DNA of 64,000 nucleotides from Oscillospiraceae bacterium (GCA_015069015.1 SVJK01000003.1:6452-70451); one strand, 5' to 3'. Counted from the stretch's first letter, positions 38,444-48,783 are shown. Numbers and translations are program-made. The notes: generated from the sequence alone by a model not told the origin.

Positions 38444-39202
38444 TTATCCAAGATAAAAATCAATTATAAGCATCAGACAAAATCCGGCAAGAAGCATATA
38501 TGTTGAACCTCTTTCGCCGCCATGTGAATGAGTTTCGGGAATCATTTCATCACTTATAACATAAAGCATTGTTCCACCGGCAAATGCAAGGGCAAAGGGG
38601 AGAAGAGCATTTGAAATGCTTACAGCGAAATAACCTATAAATGTACCGATTATTTCAATAATTCCAGTAAATGAAGCAATAAGAAGAGTTCTTTTTTTGC
38701 TCATTCCTGCAGCAATCATAGGGGCGATAATTACCATTCCTTCAGGGATGTTCTGAAGTGCGATACCTCCGGCAATGGTAAATGCTTCTGCTGTGTTGTT
38801 TGTTCCAAAGCCAACACCTGCAGCAATTCCTTCGGGAAGATTGTGAATTGCGATTGCCATAACAAAAAGCAAAATCTTATTAATTTTGTCTGCGCTTCCG
38901 GGATGTGATTCAATATCAGCACCTGAGAGTCTGTGGAGATGCGGAACGGCTTTATCCATAATATTCAGCAAAAACGCACCGGAAAAAACCCCTAGTATAG
39001 TTACAAATACAGGCAATTTTGTTCCAAGTTCAACAGATGGCATAATCAGACCATATACTGCCGCACACATCATTACGCCTGCTGCAAAAGAAAGTATAAG
39101 GTCGCTGAGTTTATGAGAAATATTTTTGAATATAAATCCAATCAGAGCGCCGATAATTGTTGCACCGCCAACACCGAGTGCAGTTAGTAATACTATTGTC
39201 AT
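38444..39202 (-). CDS. ZIP-family divalent metal transporter (ZupT-like)
   Basis: 252 aa with 8 TM helices. AIHNLPEGIAAG and LQNIPEGM motifs. Confidence 0.85.
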   Translation of the reverse strand: MTIVLLTALGVGGATIIGALIGFIFKNISHKLSDLILSFAAGVMMCAAVYGLIMPSVELGTKLPVFVTILGVFSGAFLLNIMDKAVPHLHRLSGADIESHPGSADKINKILLFVMAIAIHNLPEGIAAGVGFGTNNTAEAFTIAGGIALQNIPEGMVIIAPMIAAGMSKKRTLLIASFTGIIEIIGTFIGYFAVSISNALLPFALAFAGGTMLYVISDEMIPETHSHGGERGSTYMLLAGFCLMLIIDFYLG

Positions 39203-39282
39203 AAGGATAACCTCTCAAATCATATTATTATCTTTATTCTATATCAAACATCAAAATAAAGCAATAGATTTTTAAAAAAAAT

Positions 39283-39318
39283 AAAACCGCAATCAAATAA
39301 ACTTTTGACTGCGGTTTT
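39283..39318 (-). terminator. Rho-independent terminator after upp
   Basis: aaaaccgca / tgcggtttt stem. On the minus strand it is followed by atttttttt. Confidence 0.65.
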
Positions 39319-39337
39319 ATGTTTTAATAATAACCGG

Positions 39338-39967
39338 TTATTTTGTTCCGAATATTCTGTCTCCTGCATCGCCGAGGCCGGGGACAATGTAACATTTCTC
39401 GTTTAGACCTTCATCGACATTGGCACAAAATATCTCAACATCGGGGTGAGCATTGTTAAGTGCTTCAATTCCTTCAGGTGCAGCAATTAAGCATAAGAAT
39501 TTAATCTGTTTTCCGCCATATGATTTTATCTGGCTTATGGCATCAATGGCAGAACCTCCGGTTGCAAGCATCGGATCAACAACAACGATTAACCTCTTAT
39601 CAATGTCGGGCGGGAGTTTGCAATAATACTCATGAGGCTGCATGGTTTCTTCATCTCTGTACATTCCAATATGTCCAACCTTTGCAGAAGGCACAAGTTT
39701 TAGCATTCCGCTTACCATACCAAGTCCTGCACGAAGAATCGGTACAACAGCAAGTTTTTTACCCTTTATCATTTTTTGGGTTGTCTTCTTAATGGGGGTT
39801 TCGATTTCTACATCCTCCAAAGGTAAATCTCTGAGAGATTCGTAACACATAAGCATTGTGATTTCTTCGACAAGTTCACGAAATTCCTTGTTTGTGGTGG
39901 ATTTCTGACGCAGTATAGTAGTTTTATGTTGAATTAACGGATGATTAAATATTACAACGTTGTTCAT
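39338..39967 (-). CDS. upp: Uracil phosphoribosyltransferase
   Basis: 209 aa. [31 protein letters not shown] and [12 protein letters not shown] motifs. Confidence 0.95.
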   Translation of the reverse strand: MNNVVIFNHPLIQHKTTILRQKSTTNKEFRELVEEITMLMCYESLRDLPLEDVEIETPIKKTTQKMIKGKKLAVVPILRAGLGMVSGMLKLVPSAKVGHIGMYRDEETMQPHEYYCKLPPDIDKRLIVVVDPMLATGGSAIDAISQIKSYGGKQIKFLCLIAAPEGIEALNNAHPDVEIFCANVDEGLNEKCYIVPGLGDAGDRIFGTK

Positions 39968-39991
39968 AAATATCCTCCAAAAATTATTATA

Positions 39992-41335
39992 TTATTGCTG
40001 ATCGATTGACTTTGATACCATAAGGTTTACAATAACACCAAGTATGAGAGCACATGCTATTGATGTGAGTTTTACTGCTCCAATCTGGAGTGCCATACCA
40101 CCTATACCTGTAATAAGAATTACGGAAACAACAAACAGATTTTTATTGTTGTTGAGATCAACATTTTGAAGCATTTTAAGACCGGAAACAGCAATAAAAC
40201 CATAAAGTGTTATGCAAACGCCTCCCATTACGCATGACGGAATAGTAGCAAGGAATGTAACAAAGGGAGCTATAAACGATGCAACGATTGCAATAATTGC
40301 AGTTGTAAATATTGTAATGACGGAAGCATTCTTTGTTATGGCAACACATCCTACAGATTCGCCGTATGTTGTATTAGGACATCCACCAAATATAGAACCT
40401 ACAATTGAACCGATTCCATCTCCAAGAAGTGTTCTGTGAAGACCGGGTTCTTCAAGAAGGTCTTTTTCTATAATTGAAGAAAGGTTCTTGTGATCTGCAA
40501 TATGTTCAGCAAATACAACAAATGCAACCGGAATATATGCAACGGCAATTGTTGCTATATATTGAGCATCAATCTCTTTAACGCCTTTGAAAGCTTTAAC
40601 AAATGTAAAATCAGGATACCATTTCATACTGTTGAATACATCGAAATTAATTACAACAAGCGATTCATTTCCTGTTTTAGTTCCTATAATTGTAAATATT
40701 GTAGCTACAAGATAACCAGAAAGAATTCCGATAATGAAAGGAATAAGTTTTATAGTCTTTTTTCCGTATATAGATGAAATGATAACTCCGGCTACTGTAA
40801 CAAGGGCACATATCAATCCAATCCATGCATGTGTCCCCATAATATATACAGAATTAATGGCATCAAATTTTGCAAATTTCAAAACATCCTTAACGGCATT
40901 TCCTGCAAGTGAAAGACCAATTATTGCAACAGTTGGTCCGATAACAACTGCCGGCATAAGCTTTGAAATCCATTTAACACCACAAATTTTAATAATGATG
41001 GCAAGAACAACATATACAAGTCCGGCAAATACTGCACCGATTAGTAATCCTGCATAACCAACAGCTATTGATGCTGCACCGGCAAACGCTGCATACATTG
41101 AGCTGATGAATGCAAAGGACGAACCCAAGAATACAGGACTCCTGAATTTCGTGAAAAGAAGATAAACTATCGTTCCGGCACCTGCGCCGAAAAGAGCTGC
41201 AGATTGTGACATTCCATTACCAACTATTGATGGTACTGCAATTGTTGCTGCCAGTATTGCAAGTAACTGTTGGAAAGCAAAAACAAGCATTTGACCAAAT
41301 TTTGGCTTATCATTTACATCGTAAATCAGTTTCAT
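39992..41335 (-). CDS. pyrP: Uracil permease (NCS2 family)
   Basis: Polytopic membrane protein. FGQMLVFAFQQLLAILAATIAVP and GESVGCVAITK NCS2 motifs. ATG 41335 follows an AAGGAGGA RBS; the ORF-track start 41395 lacks an RBS. Confidence 0.85.
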   Translation of the reverse strand: MKLIYDVNDKPKFGQMLVFAFQQLLAILAATIAVPSIVGNGMSQSAALFGAGAGTIVYLLFTKFRSPVFLGSSFAFISSMYAAFAGAASIAVGYAGLLIGAVFAGLVYVVLAIIIKICGVKWISKLMPAVVIGPTVAIIGLSLAGNAVKDVLKFAKFDAINSVYIMGTHAWIGLICALVTVAGVIISSIYGKKTIKLIPFIIGILSGYLVATIFTIIGTKTGNESLVVINFDVFNSMKWYPDFTFVKAFKGVKEIDAQYIATIAVAYIPVAFVVFAEHIADHKNLSSIIEKDLLEEPGLHRTLLGDGIGSIVGSIFGGCPNTTYGESVGCVAITKNASVITIFTTAIIAIVASFIAPFVTFLATIPSCVMGGVCITLYGFIAVSGLKMLQNVDLNNNKNLFVVSVILITGIGGMALQIGAVKLTSIACALILGVIVNLMVSKSIDQQ

Positions 41336-41409
41336 TATTGAAAGATCCTCCTTCTTACCGGATATCCGGTGTTGTTTTATGACAGAAAATGTCATTTCTT
41401 CTAATGTAA

Positions 41410-41438
41410 AATATACCCTAAAATTAAATGTTTGTCAA
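41410..41438 (-). promoter_or_regulatory. Sigma-A-type promoter for pyrP-upp
   Basis: On the minus strand: TTGACA (41438-41433), 17-nt spacer, TATATT (41415-41410). Confidence 0.55.
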
Positions 41439-41463
41439 TGCATATTATGTGCAATTTGCAAAT

Positions 41464-41507
41464 AAAAAACCGCATAATACTCGAAAAGTTAGTAATTATG
41501 CGGTTTT
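41464..41507 (-). terminator. Rho-independent terminator after the MATE gene
   Basis: aaaaaaccgcataat / attatgcggtttt stem. On the minus strand it is followed by ttttttattt. Confidence 0.75.
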
Positions 41508-41559
41508 ATAGAGAATAAAATCTAACAAATATTTTTCACATACTTTTCATTATGACGAC

Positions 41560-42894
41560 TTATGCATTTATATTTAGTTCATCATTTTTCCATTTGCCTG
41601 AAAAGTACACATACAGACCAAAGACAGCTTCAGTAATCCATGAAAGTATAATAGCAAGGTATATTCCAAACATATCAAAAATTTCGTAAAAAATATAACT
41701 ATATGCAAAACGGCTGACGGAATATATAACAGTTGACACAACAAGAATTCTTCCTGAACCGACACTTCTGAAGATTGCATGAAGAAAATTGTTTATAACA
41801 TTGAAAATCACAAATGGCATGCAATATTTCATGAATACAGAAGAATAGTAAATGCTATCCGATTCATCAAGAAATATATCAGAAATTAAACCTGATCCGA
41901 ATACTGTAAATAAGAGAAAAGGCAATAAGAAAAGAGGAGTCTGAACCAGACATACTTTTATTCCGTCATTAATCAGTTGATACTTTTTTGCGCCCATACA
42001 CTGAGCAATAAAATTGCCAATGGTTTTGTTTGAATTCTGATAAATTGCGGCGTTAAGGTCGTATAGTCTCATACCAATTGTATATCCTGCAATTGCGGCT
42101 GCTCCGCATTTGTTTGTAAGGGGCGAGACAAATGCGGTGCACATATACATAACGGACTGCTGAAGCATTGTAGGAAATGAATAACTCCATGATTCAGACA
42201 GTTCGTCTGCTGAAAAATAAAGCCCTCTGATGCTTATTTTTTCATTTTTAAATGTTCTTATAAAAGTAATCAGATAAAACACAGAAATAATAAATGCTGA
42301 TATCACAGTTGCGTACGCAGTTCCTTCAACTCTCATATGAAAATGTTTTATAAATATATAATTTCCAAAGATGTTTAGTATATTTGAAATAACAGAGGCT
42401 ACAAAAGGAAAGACTGATTTGCCTATGGCGTTTGCTATGGGAAGAAAGCACCAGTTTAAATGCAGGAAAACAAGACCGTACATATATATTTTAAAATATG
42501 AATATGAATCTTCCCACAGATGTTTTTCAATGTTTAAGAAATTAAAAATTACAGAGTGAAATAATATACACAAAATTGATATTACGATAATAATAAGTGA
42601 ACTTAGCAAAATATTTATTTTTATAACGTTAATCATTTTTTTGTAGTCTCTTTCGCCAAAAAGCATGGCTACATATACAGATAATCCTGTACCATATCCC
42701 CAAAATACCGAGGAAATCATCGATATGAAGGGTGAAGTGCTTCCGATTGCAGAAATTGCCTCGTCACCAATAAGTTTCCCTGCCATTATTGTATTTATGA
42801 TATGGTAGGCTTGAGAAAAAAGGGCTGTAAGCACAAGAGGAAATGCAAAAACAAAAAAATTTTTTTTAAGGTTTCCTTCATAAAGTTTTTTCAT
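41560..42894 (-). CDS. MATE-family efflux transporter
   Basis: 444 aa with 12 TM helices. N-terminus FFVFAFPLVLTALFSQAYHIINTIMAGKLIG is typical of MATE proteins. Confidence 0.85.
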   Translation of the reverse strand: MKKLYEGNLKKNFFVFAFPLVLTALFSQAYHIINTIMAGKLIGDEAISAIGSTSPFISMISSVFWGYGTGLSVYVAMLFGERDYKKMINVIKINILLSSLIIIVISILCILFHSVIFNFLNIEKHLWEDSYSYFKIYMYGLVFLHLNWCFLPIANAIGKSVFPFVASVISNILNIFGNYIFIKHFHMRVEGTAYATVISAFIISVFYLITFIRTFKNEKISIRGLYFSADELSESWSYSFPTMLQQSVMYMCTAFVSPLTNKCGAAAIAGYTIGMRLYDLNAAIYQNSNKTIGNFIAQCMGAKKYQLINDGIKVCLVQTPLFLLPFLLFTVFGSGLISDIFLDESDSIYYSSVFMKYCMPFVIFNVINNFLHAIFRSVGSGRILVVSTVIYSVSRFAYSYIFYEIFDMFGIYLAIILSWITEAVFGLYVYFSGKWKNDELNINA

Positions 42895-43017
42895 ATAATC
42901 AGTCCCTGCTATTGATTTTTTTCTTGAGTTCGTATATCATTATAGCAAACAATCGAAAATAATCAATATTTGCGAAAATATTGAAAAATAATCAACAATG
43001 ATCAAAGGAGCAAAGTT

Positions 43018-43770
43018 ATGTATCAGTCTGAAAGAATCGATGAAATATTGAAAATACTCAACAAGTATCACTATGTAACTGTAGATTATCTTGTTGAGAA
43101 AATACGCTATTCGCCTGCAAGTATTCGTCGTGACCTAACTGTTCTTGAAAAACAGGGACTTGTAAAGAGAAGTTACGGTGGCGTAGAAATCAAAAAAGAA
43201 TCTTACACACCTTTTCGCTTCAGACAACATAGTATGAAACTTGAAAAAAACAGCATTGCCGTTAAAGCTGCTGAACTTGTGCGTGATAATGACACAGTTT
43301 TTATAGATGCTTCATCAAGCGCACAGTATCTTGGTCACTTTCTTGCATGCAAGAAAAACATTACTGTCATAACCAATAATATGGTTCTTGCATCACATCT
43401 TAACGGAAACGGTATTGACACTTACTGTACCGGTGGACATATTTTCGAACACCCCGGAGTTCTGGCGGGAGAGATAACGAACAGAACTTTTTCCATGTTT
43501 CACGCAGATATTATGTTTTTTTCTGCCTCGGGATTTGATGATGGAATCATATATGAATCAACAGAACGTTTTTTGCAGCATCATAGAATTATGATTGATA
43601 ATTCTGACAGAAGAGTGTTTTTATGCGGCAGTGACAAAATAGGAATCAAAAATAAAGTAATCGTATCAAATCTTGATGAAATTGACTTTTTTATAAGTGA
43701 TGTTTCTTTGTCAGAGGATATTACTCAAAAGTATAAAAACACAGAATTTATATGTGCCGGCAAAAAGTGA
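43018..43770 (+). CDS. DeoR/GlpR-family transcriptional regulator
   Basis: N-terminal HTH RIDEILKILNKYHYVTVDYLVEKIRYSPASIRRDLTVLEKQGLVKRSYGG plus a C-terminal sugar-phosphate-binding domain. Confidence 0.9.
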   Translation: MYQSERIDEILKILNKYHYVTVDYLVEKIRYSPASIRRDLTVLEKQGLVKRSYGGVEIKKESYTPFRFRQHSMKLEKNSIAVKAAELVRDNDTVFIDASSSAQYLGHFLACKKNITVITNNMVLASHLNGNGIDTYCTGGHIFEHPGVLAGEITNRTFSMFHADIMFFSASGFDDGIIYESTERFLQHHRIMIDNSDRRVFLCGSDKIGIKNKVIVSNLDEIDFFISDVSLSEDITQKYKNTEFICAGKK

Positions 43771-43806
43771 ACATCATTTGATGCAAAGAAAATATTATAA
43801 AAACAG

Positions 43807-43834
43807 TTGACTTTATCCTGATTTACTGTATAAT
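43807..43834 (+). promoter_or_regulatory. Sigma-A-type promoter
   Basis: TTGACT (43807-43812), 16-nt spacer, TATAAT (43829-43834). Confidence 0.55.
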
Positions 43835-43885
43835 CAAAGATGAGGTTTTAGATGAGTTTTGTATACAGTGATAGGGGATAGTTTT

Positions 43886-44695
43886 ATGAACTATAATGGA
43901 AATATTTTAAATATATCATATTCCAAACTTACAGATATACCTGTCCCTTTTAATACAGCTGAGTTATATGAAACAGCATGTATGAAAGGGTTTGATGCAA
44001 TAAAAGGTGATGTAACTCCTTCTTCCGACGGTAAATTGATAATGTGTCATGATCCATACTTTTATATTGATGATAACGGAAGGGTGATAGAACCCGGTAG
44101 CACGAGCGACAACAAGGTGATGATCGATGAGTTATCACAAGAAGAGTGTGTTAAACTCGAATACTCTTCCATGCAGTCATATGATCACCTTGGATATTAT
44201 CCTTGCGTTGCAACTGTCGAAGATCTTATAAAAATCTGTAAAAAAAATAATAAGATTCCATATATAACAGTTCGTGATAAAAGAATTGAAGAATGTATTG
44301 ACGAGGTGCATAGACTGCTTTTAAAATATGATATGATGAGACAAACTTTTGTCAATTCGTTTACCTACGATACTTTAAAGTATATGAGAAAAAAAGACCC
44401 CGACATAAAACTATCTTATGTTCAGAAATTAAATACTGTTTTAGAAAGAAAAGTTGTAGATGATGCTGTTTCTTTGGGTAATTGTGTTATATGCGTGTTT
44501 TGGTTTAAAGATGCGCAGAGATCTTTAAATTTATATGAAAAATCCAGAGATGCGATTTTCTATGCCAAAGAAAACGGAGTAGAATTACATCTTGCTGCTG
44601 TAGAAGACAAGGAATATTATAAATGGGGAATAACTCATGGATTTAAAGGATTTCAATGTTCATTGTCAGATGCCTATAAAATTGATGAAAGGTAA
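43886..44695 (+). CDS. Glycerophosphodiester-phosphodiesterase-like (GDPD fold) protein
   Basis: NTAELYETACMKGFDAIKGDVTPSSDGKLIMCHD resembles the GDPD core (..AD.IE.DV..T.DG..V..HD). The N-terminal HRG motif is not evident. ATG 43886 follows an AGGGGA RBS. Confidence 0.5.
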   Translation: MNYNGNILNISYSKLTDIPVPFNTAELYETACMKGFDAIKGDVTPSSDGKLIMCHDPYFYIDDNGRVIEPGSTSDNKVMIDELSQEECVKLEYSSMQSYDHLGYYPCVATVEDLIKICKKNNKIPYITVRDKRIEECIDEVHRLLLKYDMMRQTFVNSFTYDTLKYMRKKDPDIKLSYVQKLNTVLERKVVDDAVSLGNCVICVFWFKDAQRSLNLYEKSRDAIFYAKENGVELHLAAVEDKEYYKWGITHGFKGFQCSLSDAYKIDER

Positions 44696-44704
44696 TTTTC
44701 ACCT

Positions 44705-45682
44705 ATGAAAACAATATTTATCATAAACCCATGAGCAGGTCAGGGTGGGGATGTTTCAAAGTTAATATCGGAGATTAATCTTGTTTCTGAAAAATTACAA
44801 TCAGATGTGGAGATATATATTACAAAATCTGTTGCAGATGCAACAGATTTTGTTGCGAATTATTGCAGGAATTTTGGCAATGCACGTTTTATCGCATGCG
44901 GCGGTGACGGAACTTTAAACGAGGTTTTAAACGGTGCAATTGGGTTTGACGGTGTTGAGATTGGCGTTTTGCCAACGGGAACAGGGAATGATTTTTGCAG
45001 AAACTTTCCGAAAGAATATGACTTTTCAGATATCTACGCACAAATTAACGGTTCGACGGTAAAGTGTGATTCGATCAGGTATACAACTGAAATTGATGGC
45101 GTGAAAAAAACAGGATACTGCGTAAATATGTTTAACATTGGCTTTGATGCCAATGTGGCAGATATGACTTCAGACGTTAAAAAGAAGCCTTTTATTTCCG
45201 GCTCTCTTGCATATTTAATTTCAATTTTTGTTAATCTTATAAAAAAGAAAGGTGCAGAACTTCAGATAGAAATTGATGGGGAAATGGTGCATAACGGTCG
45301 TCTTTTGCTTACATCAATTGCAAACGGGAGTTATTGCGGCGGCGGAATAAAAAGTAATCCAACTGCTAATGTGACGGACGGACTGATTAATATCAATATT
45401 ATAGAGAACGTGTCAAGAATGAGGTTTCTTACTCTTTTACCATATTATATGCGTGGAACATTTTTGTCAGTTAAAAACATTGAAAGATACATAAAATCAA
45501 GAGAATGTAAAAGAGTTACAGTTAAGCCTGTATCTGAAAAAATCAGACTTTGTGTCGACGGAGAAATGATGGATGCAGAAACGATAAGATTTGAAATTGC
45601 ACCAAAATCTTTTAACTTTGTCATTCCGTCAGTAAAAAAAGAGGAATGTGGATTAAAAGAGAATGTTACCGTCAAGTTATAA
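44705..45682 (+). pseudogene. DagK/YegS-type lipid kinase interrupted by an in-frame TGA at codon 10
   Basis: ATG 44705 gives MKTIFIINP-TGA(44732-44734)-AGQGGDVSKLISEI.., in frame with the ORF-track ORF 44807-45682, which contains ACGGDGTLNEVLNG. The stop falls inside the conserved N-terminal NPxAGxG motif. Confidence 0.75.
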
Positions 45683-45700
45683 AACCATGGAGAAGATGTT

Positions 45701-46231
45701 ATGAATAAAGTGAAAAAAACAGTTATAAGTGCAATGTTTCTTGCCTTGGGGTTTGTGCTGCCTTTTTTAACAGGACAAATTCAGCAGATTGGTAATATGT
45801 TTCTTCCGATGCATATTCCTGTTTTGCTGTGTAGTTTTATTTGCGGTTGGAAGTATGCATCAATACTTGGAATCGTGTTGCCGCTTCTACGCTCAGCAAT
45901 TTTTACGATGCCTGCTATGTATCCAAATGCACTTTCGATGTCTCTTGAACTATTTGCATATGGCTTTTTGGCGGACTTTGTATATAAACACCTGAAATAT
46001 AAAAGCGTGAGATATTTGTATTTTGCGTTGATAATCTCAATGCTTGGTGGTAGGGTTGTGTGGGGAACTGCACAAAGTGTACTTCTTGGATTCGGGAAAA
46101 ACGCTTTTGGCTTTTCGGCGTTTATTTCGGGAGCATTTTTAAATGCAATACCGGGCATTATAATACAACTTGTATTTATACCTGCCATAGTTGTTTTATT
46201 GCAAAAAAATAAGTTTTTTGAAAGAGAATAA
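45701..46231 (+). CDS. ECF-transporter S (substrate-capture) component, substrate unknown
   Basis: 176 aa with 5-6 TM helices. The LPMHIPVLLCSFICGWKYASILGIVLPLLRS pattern is that of the ECF S-component family. No EcfA/T genes nearby. Confidence 0.6.
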   Translation: MNKVKKTVISAMFLALGFVLPFLTGQIQQIGNMFLPMHIPVLLCSFICGWKYASILGIVLPLLRSAIFTMPAMYPNALSMSLELFAYGFLADFVYKHLKYKSVRYLYFALIISMLGGRVVWGTAQSVLLGFGKNAFGFSAFISGAFLNAIPGIIIQLVFIPAIVVLLQKNKFFERE

Positions 46232-46233
46232 TA

Positions 46234-46821
46234 ATGTACATTAATAAGTTTGATAATCTTACAAAAATAATAAAAAAACATATTCTTGAAAACAAAAGTA
46301 TAGTTTTGGCAATAGACGGGCGATGTGGGGGAGGAAAAACTTTTCTTTCAGAATATCTTCAAAGGATATTTGGATGTAATGTTATTCATGTTGATGATTT
46401 TTTTCTTCCGTTTGAACTTAGAAATGATGAAAGAATGTCAAAAATCGGCGGAAATATTCATATTGAGAGATTTATGAATAGCGTTTTAAAACCGTTGATG
46501 TCAGGCAGGAAAATATCTTATAGACCGTATGTTTGCAAAAAAGGAGACTTTTCCTCTGATGATGTGTGTTTTATGCCCGGAAAACTTACAATAATTGAAG
46601 GAACATATTCGTGTATGGATGAGTTCATAAATTGTTATGATATGAAGATTTTTGTGGATGTGTCACCATGTGTACAAGAGATAAGATTGAAAAAAAGATG
46701 CACCCCGGGGGAATATGGAAACTTTAAAAAACTATGGATTCCAAGAGAAGAATTGTATTTTGAAAAATGTGATATAAGGAATAAATGTGATTATATAATT
46801 GATACGTCAGATATTGGGTAG
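46234..46821 (+). CDS. Uridine-kinase-family P-loop kinase, substrate unknown
   Basis: 195 aa. Walker A AIDGRCGGGKTFLS and HVDDFF motif. Starts 2 nt after the ECF S-component gene. Confidence 0.6.
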   Translation: MYINKFDNLTKIIKKHILENKSIVLAIDGRCGGGKTFLSEYLQRIFGCNVIHVDDFFLPFELRNDERMSKIGGNIHIERFMNSVLKPLMSGRKISYRPYVCKKGDFSSDDVCFMPGKLTIIEGTYSCMDEFINCYDMKIFVDVSPCVQEIRLKKRCTPGEYGNFKKLWIPREELYFEKCDIRNKCDYIIDTSDIG

Positions 46822-46833
46822 GAGGATAGTAGT

Positions 46834-47973
46834 ATGAAAGTTACAATAGCAATTGATTCATTTAAGGGGAGCATTTCAAGCATAGAAGCGGCAAAAGCAG
46901 TAAGTGAGGGGATTAAACGTGCGTATGATGACGCCCTTGTACACATGCACCCGATAGCAGATGGGGGTGAAGGAACTGTTGACGCGATAGTTTCGGCACT
47001 TGGCGGAGAAACAAAGAATGTTTTTGTTTCAGGACCCCTTGGTGAAAAAGTAGTTGCATCATATGGCATAATTCCAAAAAGCAGAACTGCAATTATAGAA
47101 ATGTCTTCTGCTGCAGGAATAACCCTTGTTGATGAATCAGAGAAAAATCCTATGAATACCACCACATATGGCGTTGGTGAAATGATAAGGGATGCAATAG
47201 AATCAGGATGCCGTAATTTTATTGTTGGTATAGGCGGCAGTGCAACAAATGATGGCGGAATCGGTATGCTTCAGGCTCTTGGTTTTGAATTTCTTGATTG
47301 TGAAAACAATCCTGTATCACAAGGAGCAAAAGGACTCGAAAGATTAAATATAATTAAAACTGATAATTCCATGAAAGAACTTTCCGAGTGCACTTTCTCA
47401 ATTGCTTGCGACGTGAAAAACCCCCTATGCGGAGAATTGGGATGCAGCAGAATTTTTGCACCGCAAAAAGGTGCTGATGAACATATGATTGAAAAAATGG
47501 ATATATGGCTAAATAAATATGCCGATCTGACCAAAGATATTTTTCCTGAATCAGATAAAAATGCACCGGGTGCAGGTGCTGCAGGCGGTATGGGTTTTGC
47601 TTTTATGTCATATCTTAAAGGAGAACTTAAATCGGGAATAGAACTTGTAATGAAAGAATCAAAACTTGAAGATTTTATCAAGGATTCAGATATTATAGTG
47701 ACAGGAGAAGGAAGGCTTGACGGTCAGTCTCATATGGGGAAAGCACCAACAGGTGTTGCCGGTCTTGCCAAAAAATACAATAAGCCCGTAATTGCTTTTT
47801 CCGGCAGTGTAACAAATGATGCTGATATATGCAACGATTATGGCATTGATGCATTTTTCCCGATTCTCAGAAAACCTTGTTCTTTGTCAGAAGCCATGGA
47901 CAAAGAAACAGCATTTGACAATCTTAAGAACACAGCATATCAGGTGTTCAGACTTATAAAAACTTTTAAATAA
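46834..47973 (+). CDS. glxK: Glycerate kinase
   Basis: MKVTIAIDSFKGS.., PIADGGEGTVDA and TGEGRLDGQS motifs. Confidence 0.9.
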   Translation: MKVTIAIDSFKGSISSIEAAKAVSEGIKRAYDDALVHMHPIADGGEGTVDAIVSALGGETKNVFVSGPLGEKVVASYGIIPKSRTAIIEMSSAAGITLVDESEKNPMNTTTYGVGEMIRDAIESGCRNFIVGIGGSATNDGGIGMLQALGFEFLDCENNPVSQGAKGLERLNIIKTDNSMKELSECTFSIACDVKNPLCGELGCSRIFAPQKGADEHMIEKMDIWLNKYADLTKDIFPESDKNAPGAGAAGGMGFAFMSYLKGELKSGIELVMKESKLEDFIKDSDIIVTGEGRLDGQSHMGKAPTGVAGLAKKYNKPVIAFSGSVTNDADICNDYGIDAFFPILRKPCSLSEAMDKETAFDNLKNTAYQVFRLIKTFK

Positions 47974-47991
47974 ATACTCAGGGAGATAAAA

Positions 47992-48783
47992 ATGAACTAC
48001 AATTATCATACACATACCTACAGATGCCATCATGCCACCGGAAAAATAGAGGAATACATTCAAAGAGCCATTGACAATGGAATTACTCATATGGGTTTTT
48101 CTGATCATTTTCCGTATATATGCACAGACGGTACTGAAGGCGAAGCGAGGGTAAGGGTTTCTGAAGCATATGAATATGTGTCAGAAATTGATGCTTTGAG
48201 AAAGAAATATAAAAATAAAATTGACATTAAAATCGGATTTGAAATGGAGTACTATCCTGAGTTTTTTGAAAAAATGATTAATGATGCCATAGATTATGGC
48301 GCAGAGTATCTCATACTTGGTGAACATTACATTCAGGAGGAAAGTCCAAATGGAATCCATACATTTGAAGAAACTTGTGATGAGGATTTTTTGAGTCGTT
48401 ATGCCGAATGTGTTATATCTGCTATTAAAAGCGGTTATTTTACATATGTTGCACATCCTGATGGGATAAGATTTACCGGAGATGATTTTGTATATGAAAA
48501 GTATGTGAGAAAAATATGCAAAGCGTCGAAAGAGTATAACATTCCTCTTGAACTGAATTTTCTTGGAATCAGGGATAACAGGCACTACCCAAATCTTAAA
48601 TTCTGGAAAATTGCAGGCGAAGAAAAATGCCCCGTAACTTTTGGCTTTGATGCTCATACCGTGAAAAGTGCATACAACGGAAAATCTCTGCCGAAAGCAA
48701 AGGAGATTGTTGAAATGTTCGGATTGAATTATATTGGTAAACCTGATATAGTTTTAATACAGGATAAATTTAATTTGAGATGA
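47992..48783 (+). CDS. HisJ-family histidinol-phosphatase-like PHP protein
   Basis: YHTHTYRCHHA start and GFSDH, 263 aa. The last 13 codons lie inside direct repeat copy 1. Confidence 0.8.
   Translation: MNYNYHTHTYRCHHATGKIEEYIQRAIDNGITHMGFSDHFPYICTDGTEGEARVRVSEAYEYVSEIDALRKKYKNKIDIKIGFEMEYYPEFFEKMINDAIDYGAEYLILGEHYIQEESPNGIHTFEETCDEDFLSRYAECVISAIKSGYFTYVAHPDGIRFTGDDFVYEKYVRKICKASKEYNIPLELNFLGIRDNRHYPNLKFWKIAGEEKCPVTFGFDAHTVKSAYNGKSLPKAKEIVEMFGLNYIGKPDIVLIQDKFNLR

Noticed and set aside
41336-41409. PyrR-binding attenuator in the pyrP-upp leader
   Set aside because: No ARUCCAGAGAGGYU-like binding loop and no terminator/antiterminator pair are present; only short hairpins.
44732-44734. Selenocysteine or recoded TGA in the lipid kinase
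   Set aside because: No SECIS-like hairpin follows the codon. The position is a variable, non-catalytic residue of the NPxAGxG motif. TGA terminates several neighbouring genes.
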